DNA from: Geosiphon pyriformis uo1
Lineage: Eukaryota; Fungi; Glomeromycota
Direction of reading: 5' to 3'
DNA: 64,000 nucleotides
Assembly (NCBI GenBank): GCA_016748015.1
Contig: JAAOMT010000426.1
Coordinates: 91,620-155,619, forward strand
A model generated the notes under the pieces. It made no database searches. It was not told the origin of the DNA and saw only the letters and a list, made by a program, of their open reading frames with translations. Below, piece by piece: positions 25,339 through 39,107 of the stretch; within the stretch, counting starts at the first letter, position 1; each line of letters begins with the position of its first letter. The position numbers were made by a program, and so were the translations under genes.

Positions 25339-26075
25339 GAGAGGGTTGTAAATGATTTTTAGTAGATAAAATTATTATTTAGTGTTTATAAAAAAATTTA
25401 AATTATTGGGCGTTTATCAGAATATCATTTCTCTTTTAAATCACTCTTTATCATCCTATTTTTGGAAAAAAGATTCCGCAAATTTTATCGAAAACTTGTT
25501 CCTTTTATCAATTACAGTTTAAGACTTTTATGGAATTTGTTAGTGTTACTGTTTCGAAGAAAATATGATTAGGAAATTTTTTTATTGTTACCACTAGCAA
25601 ATAGAATTTGAATTTCATATTTGGCGTTCAATTGCAATAACCGAATTATTTGGGTGTTACAAAAGCACAAGGTTTGTCACTACATTATGTGTGGCTGGTA
25701 GGTAATTATATGCGCGCCATCCTTGATGCGGTGCAAAGGGTATCAATTATTTTTGCTCTTTTGGATCATTATAAAATAAGGTAGACATAATCATTTATTG
25801 TGTTATAACTAGACTACTTTTTATGGCAGGTTTTTCAGAAATCTTTTACATCGTGCGACCATTTCAAAGCCATTTCCGCTTTTCATTTTCCGAATGATTA
25901 TTAGTGAGAATAAAGGTTCTCATTCTTATAAAATGGTGCCATTCTCGTCATTCTTATTTTTCAAAAAAAAAAACTAACTAACCAACAAATATAATCAATC
26001 AATTTTAACATTTAATCAACCTTCATCATTCATCACCTTTTTAAAATAAAATAAAATAAAATAAAATAAAATAAA

Positions 26076-26468
26076 ATGCATTCTTCAATCATTTCTAATA
26101 CTGCCCTTTCTTCTACTGCTGCTGCTGCTTTTTTCGAATCTAAACAACAAGATTTCTCTGCTGCCGAATTTGAAATCCCTCAAAGTTCCAATGATGAAAA
26201 TGAAATAACAAACAATCTTCTCAGCAACCAAATGATCTCTGAACTATTAAAGACCATAACTAAAGACCATGTAACTCAAGAAACGGCTGATATCAGTAAA
26301 CGGTTAAAGAAAAATTCTTTAAAAGCCTGTTTTACGAACTTCTTTGACGAGTTGAGGGATGAGGAAGAACGAGTTAACTCTTTGATTAAAAAACAACGAC
26401 GAAAGAAAGCAGTTACAATTAAAGCGTTAAATTTATATGATGAGTTAAACGATATCATACAGGAATAG
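26076..26468 (+). CDS. Cluster family member 4 (130 aa), minimal class, shortest linker
   Basis: Motif A LSNQMISELLKTITKDH, motif B KNSLKACFTNFFDELRDEEER, basic KKQRRKK patch. TATAAAATGG at ~25927. Confidence 0.88.
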   Translation: MHSSIISNTALSSTAAAAFFESKQQDFSAAEFEIPQSSNDENEITNNLLSNQMISELLKTITKDHVTQETADISKRLKKNSLKACFTNFFDELRDEEERVNSLIKKQRRKKAVTIKALNLYDELNDIIQE

Positions 26469-26503
26469 TTCAAGATAATAAAGTTAAAGATTTAGATGAG
26501 TTG

Positions 26504-26749
26504 AGCTTCGATGATAACTGTAAAGAGAGAAAAATTTGAAAGCTTCAATGATAAGTCTAAAGAGAGAAAAACTTGAAAGCTTTGGTGATAACTGTAAAGA
26601 GAAAAACTTTAAAGCTTTGGTGATAAGTGTTAATAACTTAAAAACATTACATACTACACTATCGCTTCGAATGAGAAGGGCTTCGGTGAAAAAGTGTTAA
26701 TAATAACTTAAAAATATTACATACTACACTATCGCTTCGAATGAGAAGG
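26504..26749. repeat. Compound minisatellite in the 3' flank of member 4 (three 35-37 bp units, then two 66-70 bp units)
   Basis: AGCTT(C/T)(G/A)(A/G)TGATAA..TAAAGAGA..AAAA.TT.AA units start at 26504, 26541 and 26578. GCTT.GGTGA..AAGTGTTAATAACTTAAAAA(C/T)ATTACATACTACACTATCGCTTCGAATGAGAAGG units start at 26614 and 26680. Confidence 0.85.
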
Positions 26750-27373
26750 AAAAAATTTTCACCATTCCCGGATCGACAGAGCAATCCTTTTAGTTTCAAA
26801 AAAAATATTACACTAGTTTATCAAACAAAAATTAATTATGTACATATTTAATAAAAATTTGAATAATTTCATTATGTTATCTAATTTTTTATTTTGGCTA
26901 TGAAGAAAGTCTTTTTTAAATGAAAAAAAAGAAGTTGTTATTGCTAATGTTTCAAAATAGAAAAAAAATTATTTCACGTGTAAAGGTTTCTAAAAATAAA
27001 CTTTTAAAACAAAGAAGGATGAAAAACTCGTATAATGAATGAGCAAAAACGCCATATTTGTAAGATGAAATTCAGAAAATTTTTGTTAAACGTTAAACCA
27101 AACCGTTGTCAAAACATTTGAAATATATCTATTTTTAAAATTTTTTGAACTTGTACGTGAGTTTATTTCATACGCTATTATCGTAAAATTTTTAAAATTG
27201 AAGCCTAAAGCGACTCATAAATTATGAAATAAAATTATTTGCTTCACAAATACCTTAACTTTATTTTATGTTTTCTTCTAAAAAAAAAACTTCAAGATAA
27301 GAAGAGGTTAATAAAAAATTCAATAAAAAGCGAAATCTGCGATAATTTTGAATTATCATTTTTGAAATTTAAA

Positions 27374-27415
<42 letters not shown>

Positions 27416-29216
27416 AATTAAAAAATACATGTATTATATAAAATAAATAATTCAATAACTTGTTTAAAAATATAATAGCAGTAATTAATCACATTACTAT
27501 AATTTAATATTTTTGGATTTAAAATCATTATTTTTTTTAATTTTATATATAAATATATATATATATGAAAATATAAGTTTTTAATTTATTATTAAAAATT
27601 TTTATATTGTTTAATTAATTTTTTAAATAATATATAATACTATTTTATCAAATAAATTTTTAAAAAATTAAATATTAATATTGTTAATTTTTAAATAACC
27701 ATTTTTTAAAATTATGAATAATTTTTAATTTTCTTTTTTAATATATTATAAACTAATCAATTTAAAATAAAAAAAAATTAATTAAAAATAATAATTTAAG
27801 TATTTTTTATTTATCAAAAAATTATTAAACTATTTCAATTTCTTAAAAATTTTATTTAATCTTTATTATTTTTTAACTTTTTTTTGATATAACTACCAAA
27901 ACTTTAAATTTTCAAAGTTTATTACAATAGCTAATCGAATTTATTCTATAAAGTTCAAGAAAAATTGTTATGTATATATTCAAAAAGATCAATAATTTAC
28001 CTTTATAATTTTTTTTTTTTAAGATATTCAGGGAACGATAATTTTGTCAACAATTGACCTATATATATATATTTTCAAAAAATTATTATTATTTTATTAT
28101 ATAAACTTTACATTTAATACTTAAAACTACTATTAATTGCTTACTTGCTTGCCCTTTTAAATATATATATAAAATACATTTAAAAAAAGTTTTAAATGAT
28201 ATCAGTAAAAACTTAAAAAAATACACAATCAATTTTTTAAAGTTTTTAAACCTTTTTTATTTGAATCAAATAAATGAATAAATAAATAGAAATCTTTTTA
28301 CTAAATTAAATTTGAGCCTTTTTACTCATTACAAAATACTAATTTTTAAATATTTATATAAAATAATCGTGAAATAATAAAAATACTCAAATTTTTTTCT
28401 AGTAAGAGAATAAAAATTAACTTTAACCTTACGATTCAGATAAATAAAGATTTCATTATTCATTATAAACTATGAGATCCTTAAACAAAAGTAAAATTAT
28501 CCCTGATTCTTTACTTTCATTTGAAACTTGAGAGTAATATCTAAACATTTGAAAAATGTATTTTTTTTTTTCGAATTCTTGGCATTAATTCGAATATGAA
28601 TTCTAATATTTGAAAACTGCCTGATCATTGGAATTTAGCATTTAGTTTCCATGGGAAACATTCAAAACCTTTTTTTTTTTTTGTATCAGGTAAAAAATAT
28701 AATGACCATATTATGATTCTTACAGAGATAGTTTCCAGAGTTGGGAAAACAATAATAAACTGGAAACTTCTATTTGTGGATTATTTGGAAAAAAACATTT
28801 GATAAACTTAGATATACTATGATAGCTTTGCCAGGCTAATTTAAAACCTATCAAAATTAGGTTGTCGAGCACTTCCCATCTTTCGAAAACTATAATCCCG
28901 ATTGATCGAAAGCAAATTAATCGCGCGCGCTGAGTGGTTGGAAACTGCCAAACTTAGAGATCAACACCCGATTCGTTTCAGGCAATACTTTTAATTTGTC
29001 GGATCGAATAAGAAATTGTTATGTAATATTTATCAGGAAAAAGAGTGGCTTTGTTTGGAATTGTAGCAAAGTGAGTTAGACTATAATATATCAGATATAA
29101 AGAAATCTATTTCGCAATTCGTTCAAAATTTCATCTCAAAATTCTGTACCGGTTAATCATTTCAAAAAATCCCGGCTAAATTATTATCCCATATTTCAAA
29201 TTTTTAAAAGATTCAA

Positions 29217-29864
29217 ATGTCCTCCTTACCTTCAAGGATAAATCGAAATCAATCTCGGATGAAAATTTTAAATAAAAGTTCTATTGAAACGTTACCGACA
29301 AAGACCACAACGATCAATCATCTAAACGTTCCAGATTATAAGAGAAATGATGATGTAATTCGAAATCAAACCACCTCTTTGCTTTTTGATATCATTACAA
29401 ATAAATTTGAAAATCCCCCACGAAGTCCACTTGATAAGCTTCACAGATTGAGTATTCCATGCGTTGCACATGTACCAACACTTGAAAACCCAAATATCCA
29501 GGATGAATCAGATTCGTTGATATTTACAAGGTTTTTTGGGCGATTACGAATAGAGGAAGAAAAAATTCGTATCAAGAGCACTTATAAATTCCCAGCTCCT
29601 AGACCTGCAACATTTGTAAGCATGACTTCTCTCAAGGAAGATGAGTTAGAATCACCGCGGCAAGTTATGCGAGAAAAAGTGGAGAGAAGATCATGGGTAC
29701 CAAGGATTCATATTTTGAAAAAATCAAAGTCAGCTGTACAACCTTTCACAAATCGATTACATTTTCCCTCAGATAATGAAGGAGATCCTTCTACAGCCGA
29801 ACCAAAAAGTCTTCCCAGAATATTATCATTTCAACGACATATTTTACGACGAAAACTTCCATAA
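29217..29864 (+). CDS. Cluster family member 5 (215 aa), basic-tail class
   Basis: TTCAA-ATG-TCC start. Motif A IRNQTTSLLFDIITNKFE followed by PPRSPLDKL, motif B SDSLIFTRFFGRLRIEEEK. Ends RHILRRKLP. Confidence 0.9.
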   Translation: MSSLPSRINRNQSRMKILNKSSIETLPTKTTTINHLNVPDYKRNDDVIRNQTTSLLFDIITNKFENPPRSPLDKLHRLSIPCVAHVPTLENPNIQDESDSLIFTRFFGRLRIEEEKIRIKSTYKFPAPRPATFVSMTSLKEDELESPRQVMREKVERRSWVPRIHILKKSKSAVQPFTNRLHFPSDNEGDPSTAEPKSLPRILSFQRHILRRKLP

Positions 29865-32800
29865 TCATTCGAAACCTGTTTACTTTTTATAAAATAAGGA
29901 GAGCATTCGAAATCAATTTATTTCGAAAATTGTCAAAATCTTTTTGAATTGCAAATTGGATTTAATAGTTGAGAAAAACTTTGTTTCCCAAAATATATGA
30001 ACGAAATTTTCCAAACTTTATTTTCAAGAACATTTAATTATTTTGAGGAAAAGAACATTTGAACTGTAAATAAGTTGAGAATTCATATTGAAAGAGAGAT
30101 ATCTGACAAATTTACAATCGAGTTTAAAATTCCAAAATTTAAAAGCTCGATTCCTTTTTTTTGATGTATTTTTCAATTGGAAATGTATGGTGAATGATGG
30201 CAAACTTTCGATTGGACAGATTCATTAATTTTCTAGTGAACTTTGGAAAGTTTCATGGAGAAGTAGCCAAATTTCTATAGGTCAGTAATTTGTCTGATCT
30301 TTAAATAATGCAATTCTTGAATCATCATAGCTTCACACTTTTGAATAAAATTTTTTCTGTTTTGAAAACTTTTTGCTCCGTTCACTTCAATCTTGGGCAG
30401 TTTGGTCAGTAACATTTAAATAGATGGTGTTTTTTTAAAATCCATTTCTTTCACGAAAATTTATAGTTTCATCACTTTATTTGAATTAATTCAAAACTAA
30501 CAACAATTTTTTTTATATTTTCAATTAATGATTTCAAAACCAAATGCTATGACTATTTTCAATTGAAATTTTTGTTAGGGTTCATTTGCTCTTTAAATTT
30601 GTAAAGCCAATTAATCCCAGTTTTGAATTATTTTATACTAATTTCAAAAATATTGATTGGACAAAAAATTAATTGTTTCTTTATTTACTCTTTATAGCTC
30701 AAAATTTGAATGTTATAAACCTTCACAACTAATAAATCTTGATTTTTTTTCTACAAACAATGAATCCTTCTAGAAAAAATTATAATGAAATTTACTTGTA
30801 AGAAATCATTTATTTCTGGTTTTTATGATTTTTTAATTTCGATCTTAAAGAAAAACTTTACTATTTAGAACCGGAAAATTGGAAGAATTAAACCTGTATT
30901 TGGACATTAATAGTTATCCTTGGTTGAAATAAGCTCGCACTCTTTGCTTATTATGTATTCTGTGAAAAAGAGATTGTCACAACATGCATAGTGCGCAAAG
31001 CAGATCTCCAATTATCTATCTCTCTAGTTTTTAGGAAATTTCCCTACAAATATTCCTGAAGCTTTTATATATTCATGGTTAGGTGAAAAATAATGGATAA
31101 CCTTCGAATCTCGATCCGATCTCAAACATGTAATTAGCAATGCATAATCCATTTTTAAATGTTAATTAAATTTCCTATAGACTATTCCAAATTTAAATTA
31201 GTTTGAAACATGTAAAAATCCTGATCTGCCTAAAAATTATAACGATTGATGCGATGGAAATTTCTGAAACAGATGGGTTAATTTTTTTTATTTTCCGAAT
31301 CTGTATTTGATTGGTAAGAATGATATAACTGAAAAATTGAGGTTTGTCCTTTGAGTAGGAATATAAATCAGGTTTTAGATGTGAATTCATTTCCGAGTAC
31401 TCTTCTTTCTTTCTTTCTTTCTTTCTTTTTTTTTTTGCTTTACTGGACACAAAAGTAATATCATGATTTATAGAAAACTAGGTCAGAAATTTATAATGCT
31501 TCTTGCAGTTATTGTCACAAACTTAAGTGATGGTTTTTGAGAAAAATTTTGAAATTGAAAAAGGTTAAGGATTAAATTATAAATTCACTTTTTAAATAAA
31601 GTCAATAATCAAATGTAAAAATATAATATAATGCTAATTATATAGAAAAATTGAATCTAATAATATATTTCTAATTTTTTTTCTTGATTAAAATGATAAT
31701 GCTTTTTATTTTAATTTATATAAATGTGAGTGTATCATATATAATATATGAATTTTTGGAAATTTAATAACTGTTCTATAAAAGCAAAATTTAAATAAAT
31801 TTAAATTGAATTTTTCAACTGTCATTTTATTTTTCTCTCTGTTCCCTTTAATTCAATTCAGATCTAACAATATAATATAAATGTAAACCCATTTTTTATT
31901 ATATAACAAATTAAAGTAAAATATCTATTTAAATAATCTCTATCCTATCTTTTCACTTAAAAATAAATTTTTCTACATAATCAAACTATAATTTTTTATC
32001 TTTTTTTTGTTTTTTCATTGGCAAATAAAATAAAAAATTTTTGTTAATTGAATAAATATTAACTTTTAAAACCTACTTTATAATGTTCTTTATAGTACTT
32101 GACATAAAATTCAATTATTTATATTATACATAAGAAGGTTAAATAATTAAAGAAAGATAAAATGGTATTTTCAGATGAATATATATTCAACCAAATGTAG
32201 TATAGCTTTAACGACCATTTCTAAAAAGATGTATATTTTTAATATATATACTAATCTTAACTTGTTTGCAAATTTAAATTTTTTTGGCTTGGTTCTTTGA
32301 CAACAAAAAAATGCGCACCACGCTGAAACTTATAATCACGTGTGATTCATTTTTAATTTGTGTAATTCTCAATTTGGCATCAAATTTCTTATCCTTTAAA
32401 GACTAATATTTAAAAAATATAATTAACTTCAATGGTACAGATCAAGAAATTTATGAAACAAAAATGTGATCTTTTGCAAAATAAAACGATTATAGTTTAA
32501 AATGTACTATTTAAAAATTAAATACATCCTAATAAAGGCAAATTTCAGGTAAAAAAGTAACTTTAAAAGAACTACAGAAAAATTATCGAATCACAAAGTC
32601 TTTTTTGTCTATCACATTCCTCTTCGAGCGTTTCACTTGGGAATACACTAGTCTTTACAGATTCTTAGCTTTGAATGGGATGGTGATGGGAATAAATGTT
32701 TCAAGACAAATATCTGAAAGGTATTTACAACTTTTCAAACAAGAAACTTTAAGTTTGAAAATATAGGATTAAAAATAAAAAATTGTCAAGGTAATATAAA

Positions 32801-35800
32801 TTTCTGTTTAAAGAAATGCACATTAAAAACAAGAATCATAAGTTACCATAATATATAAGTTTTAGAATAATTAATTTTTACAGGTTAAATTTTGTGATTT
32901 TTTAATAGTCAGATACAATATGAATTCTTAGAAAATTGATTGTAAGTATTGGATTTGAAGTTAAGTAACGTTATATCATCAATCGTTTAATAATGGTAAG
33001 AGCCAAAACATGAGAGAAAACAAAAATATATATCGCCAAATATATTGATAATAGCTGACTCTTTGATTACTTTTCAACATGAAATAAAAAGTTATTTAAC
33101 AGTTTATCAATAAAAATTAAATAGAAATATCTTTCTATTGTGCAAGCTAGCATCAATTACATTTTACTTTGAGCAAAAGATGCTAAAATTTTATATTTAT
33201 GTAAAAAAAGCAAACTTAAAATTATAAACTAGGATGTTTGACGAAGAAATCATTTGTGGATATACGAATAATTGGTCAATTAGTTGTTTTTGCTATTTTT
33301 TTGTTTTTTTGCAGTTGAAGATGGTAGTTTCTGAATAAAAAATAATTAAAAGAAATTCCTATTCAATGAAAAGTTTTTGATGCTTTTCTTTGTTTACCAA
33401 ATGATTAATGTTTTCTGCTATTTTTAATTTTTGGTTTTCCAAATACTTAACATATATAAATATTGTGAAGAAATCAATAATAAAAATATTCGAAAATTCA
33501 AAAAATCAAATATTTATAAAAATCAAATATTAAATATAATAATTATTTAATTATTGCAACAGAAAAGTAATTTTTTTATTCAAAATTAGCAAAAATTTAA
33601 AAAGTAAATTTTTTTATATAATATATATATATATATTTAAACTTATCTATTATTTTATATTGACATGTTTAATTTCTTATTTAATTATCATAATTATTAT
33701 ATTAACTATTCATATCATATCAGTCAACTATCTTTTTTTTTAAATTATTATTACATCTTATTCGATTTTATTATTTTGCTTCTTATTAATTTTTAATTTG
33801 TAAATTTGATTTTTAATAATAATATATTTATTTATTTTTAATCATAATATTAATAAGTTGAATAGAGTAATTAGCTTTAATATTATTTTATGTAATATTT
33901 ATTTAAGTGGTTTTATTTGTTTATATGATATATATTTTTAAACATAAAATATATGTTTCTTTATTTTTTTTAAAATTAAATGACATTTACATATTGTTCA
34001 ATTGAATTAATTAATTAAAATATTGTTTAAACAGTTTGATATTGGTTTATTATTAAAACTTTTAAATTTTTTTTAAATCACTATACTTTAATTTATGCTT
34101 TGAAATTTAACACTTAAAATCTTTTTAAATTACAAATATTGAATATTGATATTATATGAAAATAAATTTAAATTTTAAAGAGTTTTAAAAATTAATTAAA
34201 CACATATACAGTATTGGTATCATTAGCTAATAACAAGGAATTAATATTGATAGTCATTACTACCAATAAAAAATTACAATTGAGCTGTTTCTCTTTGATT
34301 GGTTGATATCTGAAAGAGAGAAGTGATATACTTTTTCTTTGGGAGCATTGAAGCCTACGTACGGTCAACTTGGCGTAATGCGATTTGCTGCACAAAGCTG
34401 CTCAATTTCTAAGAAACCATACAACTCAATTTTGTTGAAGACAACTTCGATACCAATTAAGTAGATAAAGATTAGAAAGGCTCATAAATGACTAATCTTT
34501 GACGAAATTCCCAGGAAAGTTTCAAACAGAATGATTATCATTCTGGAATTTAGATCATAAAATGGAGTGGGAGACTTCTTCTGGAGCTATCTTTATTTCT
34601 ATGCTTTTTATCTGCAGTTTATGCATGTTTGGTTGTTTTAGTTATAATTGCAAACTTTTCTTTGTTTTTGTTTCTATTCCTTTTGTTTGTTGTGGTCATT
34701 CTTATCTTGGTTTTCATTCGTGTTGCTTGAGAATTTCTTTTTTATTGTTTTATAGGTACTAAGCCAAGCAAACTATTCTTGAAGAGTCATCTTTCTACTT
34801 CTACTTTTAAATTTAACTTATAGAAAGTCCCGCTCGCTATTCATGACCCCTTCCAATGATTCCACTCACAACTTTGCAATTTATACCTGTCATTTGATTA
34901 AAATTTTGATTTACTTATAATAAACCAAGCTATCAGCAAAGTGAACATTTTTAATAAAATTTATTATTTTTTATTAAATATGATGAGTTTACATGCTAAA
35001 ATTTTTTAATTTCAAATTAATCTGAAAGCAAACGAAAATAAAGTACAATAATATTAATAAAAAATGAATCAAAAATTACAAGTTTATTTTCTAAAAATAA
35101 TTTAAAATGAATCTAAGCTTTTCATGGAACAATACTTTCCCATATACTATTTTGAAGTTTAGGGTTTCTCTTTGTACAATTCAAATAATATTTTTGGCTG
35201 TCAAAGCCCTACGGCATAATTCTCTTTGCCTGAAAAATGCAAGTCACAAAAGTTCAATCAAAATTTCAGACATTTATCGAATTTTAATGTATCAAAAAAT
35301 GTGAAAAATATTCCCTTTAAAGAATTATGGTTCTGTTCATAGAAAACTTGACCTATTAAAATGATTTTATTTGATATCACTCAAACACAACCAACATGAA
35401 CCGAAAAATGTAAATTCTATATGCTTTTATATCAAGAATTCTTTCACTATAGAAAATCAAAGTTTCTGATATGCATGGTTAAATCAACAAACTTAGTTAT
35501 TATCATTTCTTATACTGAAAGAAAGGTTGGTGTTTACCAGGAAATCATGAAATTGCTTTAATTGTCGATTCACTAGTTAATTAATGAAAAATTATATATT
35601 TCCTTTTATTATTTTGAATGCATAAAAACAATTGTGAAAATGATTACTGATACACTGTTTTTAAAAATATATTATTAGGAATTCAAAAAATTCTCATTTA
35701 ATCTTCAATTTTTTAATTTATATAGTTTAATTCTTTATTTTAAAAGGAAAGATTTTTGTTGCCATTTTTATTTTTTATTTTGATTTAAATTTATAAAAAA

Positions 35801-36041
35801 TGTGAAATAAGTTTTAATATTTATTTCAATTTTAAAAATCAAATATTTTAGAAATATTTTTAATAAAACTTAATTTGATCTTTATAATAGATTTTATTTA
35901 AATTAAATATATATTTATATATGGGCTGTTTTAATTTTAGTTTCAAAATTATGAGCTTTTATATTTTATTTATTTAATGCGTTAACTAACCACTACTTAA
36001 TTATACATAATAATAAAATTTTCATTATGTATTAGGAGCTC

Positions 36042-36600
36042 TCTACATGTGACCAGCTACCCGGGCTAGTCAAGACCACACTAACTAGCCATACAAAACA
36101 CTGAATTAAAAGCAAAGCTACCTAATTTTTGTAACTCCGAGAATGTTTATATCAGATGCAATATGTGCGAACCTTCACAAACCTCTAAAATACAGTACTA
36201 CCACAAAATTTTACCGCTTCATTCATTGATACCTCTATTTAAAATGTTCGTCTCTCCCACCGTTTTCAATTCATCGACCCCAATTATACCTGCCTTCTCT
36301 GTTTCGACCCTCAGTTTGGCTCGGGGTAACCATATCTTCTCGCGATGGCTACTAACGAAACCCCTAACGAGATCCGCAATTTTCAATCTCGCTAACTTTC
36401 TGTCCTTCAAAACCCTTAATGCTTCCCCATACCACCCCCCTAGGATAAAACCCTTGGCTAATATCATGTAAAAATAATCGTCAATTTTCACATTCTCATT
36501 CTTACATTCAGGCATCAGGTTCCCCAGTTGCAATAAAATTATTGATTCAAAACAAAAATCCTTCAACACATGCATCCACTTGTCCCGAATTTCACCCACT
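36042..36600 (-). mobile_element. 3' end of a LINE (ORF2 C-terminal relic plus 3' terminal hairpin)
   Basis: ORF 36219-36599 (..LAKGFILGGWYGEA..VRGFVSSHREKIWLPRAKLRVETEKAGII) resembles the C-terminus of fungal LINE ORF2 and the relic at 58211-58411 (RAGMDKDGLV). It shares a 42-nt terminal motif with 58409-58450. An AT-eroded continuation probably extends to ~37400. Confidence 0.7.
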
Positions 36601-38329
36601 ACTTCAGCTTAATTCCTGATTCAGAAATGATTAAATTATTATGTTAAAAAAAAATTTCAAATTTTTTATGTTTATTTGTTTTTACAAAATTTTCAAATAT
36701 TTCAAATAATTTTGATATTTGTAAAAAAATTTAGGTTTTAATAGTAACAATAAAAATTTATTCGATTATCAAAAAAATTAGCAAAATAAGTTATTATTAT
36801 TGTATTGAATATTCTAAATGTTTAAATATATTTTTTTAATACAATTTTCTCAAAAATCAAACAAATAAATTAAACAGTAATTAAATACAAAAACATCATG
36901 CTCACTTGGTAGTCAATATATAACAGTTTAGAAATCACTTCAAAAACTGCAATCAATAAACTCATTACAAAAAGATTTTTACATCATTTATATATAACAA
37001 TTTTTAGTTTAATCATTCTTAAACCATTATCTTCCATCAAAATTGCTTTCAGATCTTGGGTGTATTAAACTTTTCTTAATTTATTTATAGTTTTTTCATT
37101 TCTCTTATTATACTTTTTATCATATTAGTTTTTAAAAAATGGTCTATTTCATTTTCATATGATTCTTTTTCTGCTTATATTTATATTTAAAGTCTTTATA
37201 ATTTTTATATTTTTGTTTGGTAGCAATTTATAATTGTTGTTTTACAATGCTTCAATTCTTAATAATATAATAACTATTTGTTATTATTGAAAATACTATT
37301 TTTTAATGCAAATTAAAATATTAATTAATTTTGGCTAAAATAAGCAAATATAAAAGTCGAAACCAAAAAACATTTTTAAAAAAGCAAATAAAAATAAACA
37401 AAAAAATTTAAATTCAGAAAATCGGATGAATTTGCCCATTATTGTGTCTTCAAAATACAATGGTGGTTGGAAGATGGACAAGTTGACAACTCAAAACGTG
37501 CAAAAAATTATTTTTCAGGGTAACTTTCCTTCGTCTCAATTCATTTTTCAGATCCTATATAACGGTGACATCAATTCCGGCTCCCGTTTTCTCCTATCTG
37601 AATTTTTGCTATTGAAATTTTTGATAGGGGATAGTGTGGTAAAGTTGATGGGTCAATGCGTTAGTCGGCAGTGGCGACGGTTGTGTCTCAGACTATGTAG
37701 CGGGGTCACGTTTTCGAAAATCATTAGGGATCGGCTCTCGATTCACAATATTCATGAGTTTCATCCATGTCAAGGATATCATTTTCTAGTTTCAAATAAT
37801 AAAATATCATCCTAAATCCAAACAGCTTTTCAAAGAAAGAAATAGAATATCTCTAATAGTTTAAGGATAAAATATTTAAAAGAAAATTTGCAGAAAATTT
37901 TTCTCTTTGAAAAAAACTGTTGAAATGATAATATATATTTCTTTCTCAAGTTAAAGATATTGTTTTAATCACGTCTTATATTATTATTTTAGGTTTAAAA
38001 TGACAAAAAACTGCTTAACTTGCTTTCTAATTTTTGAAAAGAATTGGATCATCTAAATTTGCAAAGAATTTAATAAGTTTTCTATTTCCTCTTTATTTTT
38101 CTTGTAATCGTTGTTGTCTTGCGATCCATCATGTCCGACACTTCAAAACGAGGAATGACAATGGCATTGAATTCGCGAGTAAAAAATCTAACTAATTTTC
38201 AACAAATTTCACTTTATAGACGTATAATTTTTCGCCGCATCCAAAAAATCGTCTCATATAATAGAATCGCCAGGTCATTTTATTATTACTTTTTGAGTAG
38301 GATACTGCTAACTTATCCTTTTGGGTCCA

Positions 38330-39107
38330 AGTACTTGCAAATGTGAAACTATACGCCCAATAGAATGTTCGTCAATTTGCCTACACCTTTTATAGAAGAG
38401 TACCATGTAAAAGGTGTACGGATGCCGGAATCAATAGAGACTGCATGAACAGAGCCATCCACTTGCGATACCCTGAACCAACATTCCAAGGCATATAACA
38501 GTTCGCATGAACTTGCGCTCACCCCATATTACAGCTTTCCGAAGTTTCTCGTCTTCGTATTCATTAGCGTCTTTTCCTGACCAAACATCTGTGTAAAGCT
38601 TTAGTTTATCTTTGATTGATTGAAGCCTGTTGTGATGGACCAATATGGGAATTTTTGGTTTAAAAGCGGTGATGGCAATTTTTCCCTTGCGCTTTTCGCC
38701 TGTTTTGACGCTCTCGTCGATGGCCAGCTTCAATTCGGTGAGGCATAGCTTTTGCAATTTGGACTGGTTAAAATTTGAGGCCGACCCAATCGTTTGCAGG
38801 AGGGGTTTTTTTCATGTTAAAGCTCGGGAAATAATTTTTTGAAAGCCTTGAATAAGTTCAGCAATCTTTTGTTGTGTGGAACCAAGTTTTTTACATGCAG
38901 ACATGCCATGTTTTTGTTCATTAGTAGTTTTTTTTGACCAATTGCATTTAAAAAGATGCGGTAAACGAGAATTATTACTAATTTTTAACTCCCTTAAAAT
39001 CTAGCAATTCATTAGTTTTTAGTCAAAAAAGAAACCATTTTCTATTTAGTAATTAGACGCGTTTATTTCGTCAATAAATAATTCCAAACTTTTGTCACCC
39101 TCCTGTA
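38330..39107 (-). mobile_element. Tc1/mariner-like DNA transposon relic (one TIR plus frameshifted transposase)
   Basis: The minus strand begins TA-CAGGAGGGTGACAAAAGTTTGGAAT (39107-39081), a Tc1-type TIR next to a TA site. Then come an HTH-like stretch (TTNEQKHGMSACKKLGSTQQKIAELIQGFQKIISRAL), KRLGRPQILT (GRPR-like), LRKAVIWGERKF (cf. WxxVIWSDExKF) and WYSSIKGVGKL (cf. WGxxSxxGVGxL), in shifting frames. No second TIR was found. Confidence 0.7.

Noticed and set aside
26504-26749. CRISPR-like appearance of ~37 bp periodic repeats (also the 21-bp array at 52359-52520)
   Set aside because: The units are head-to-tail with no unique spacers, there are no cas genes, and the context is eukaryotic.
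34192-34762. Moderate-GC patch with short ORFs on both strands
   Set aside because: All frames are interrupted by stops and no family was recognised.
37426-37815. 129-aa ORF in a GC-richer patch
   Set aside because: No motif, no family signature and no splice support. It may belong to adjacent TE debris.
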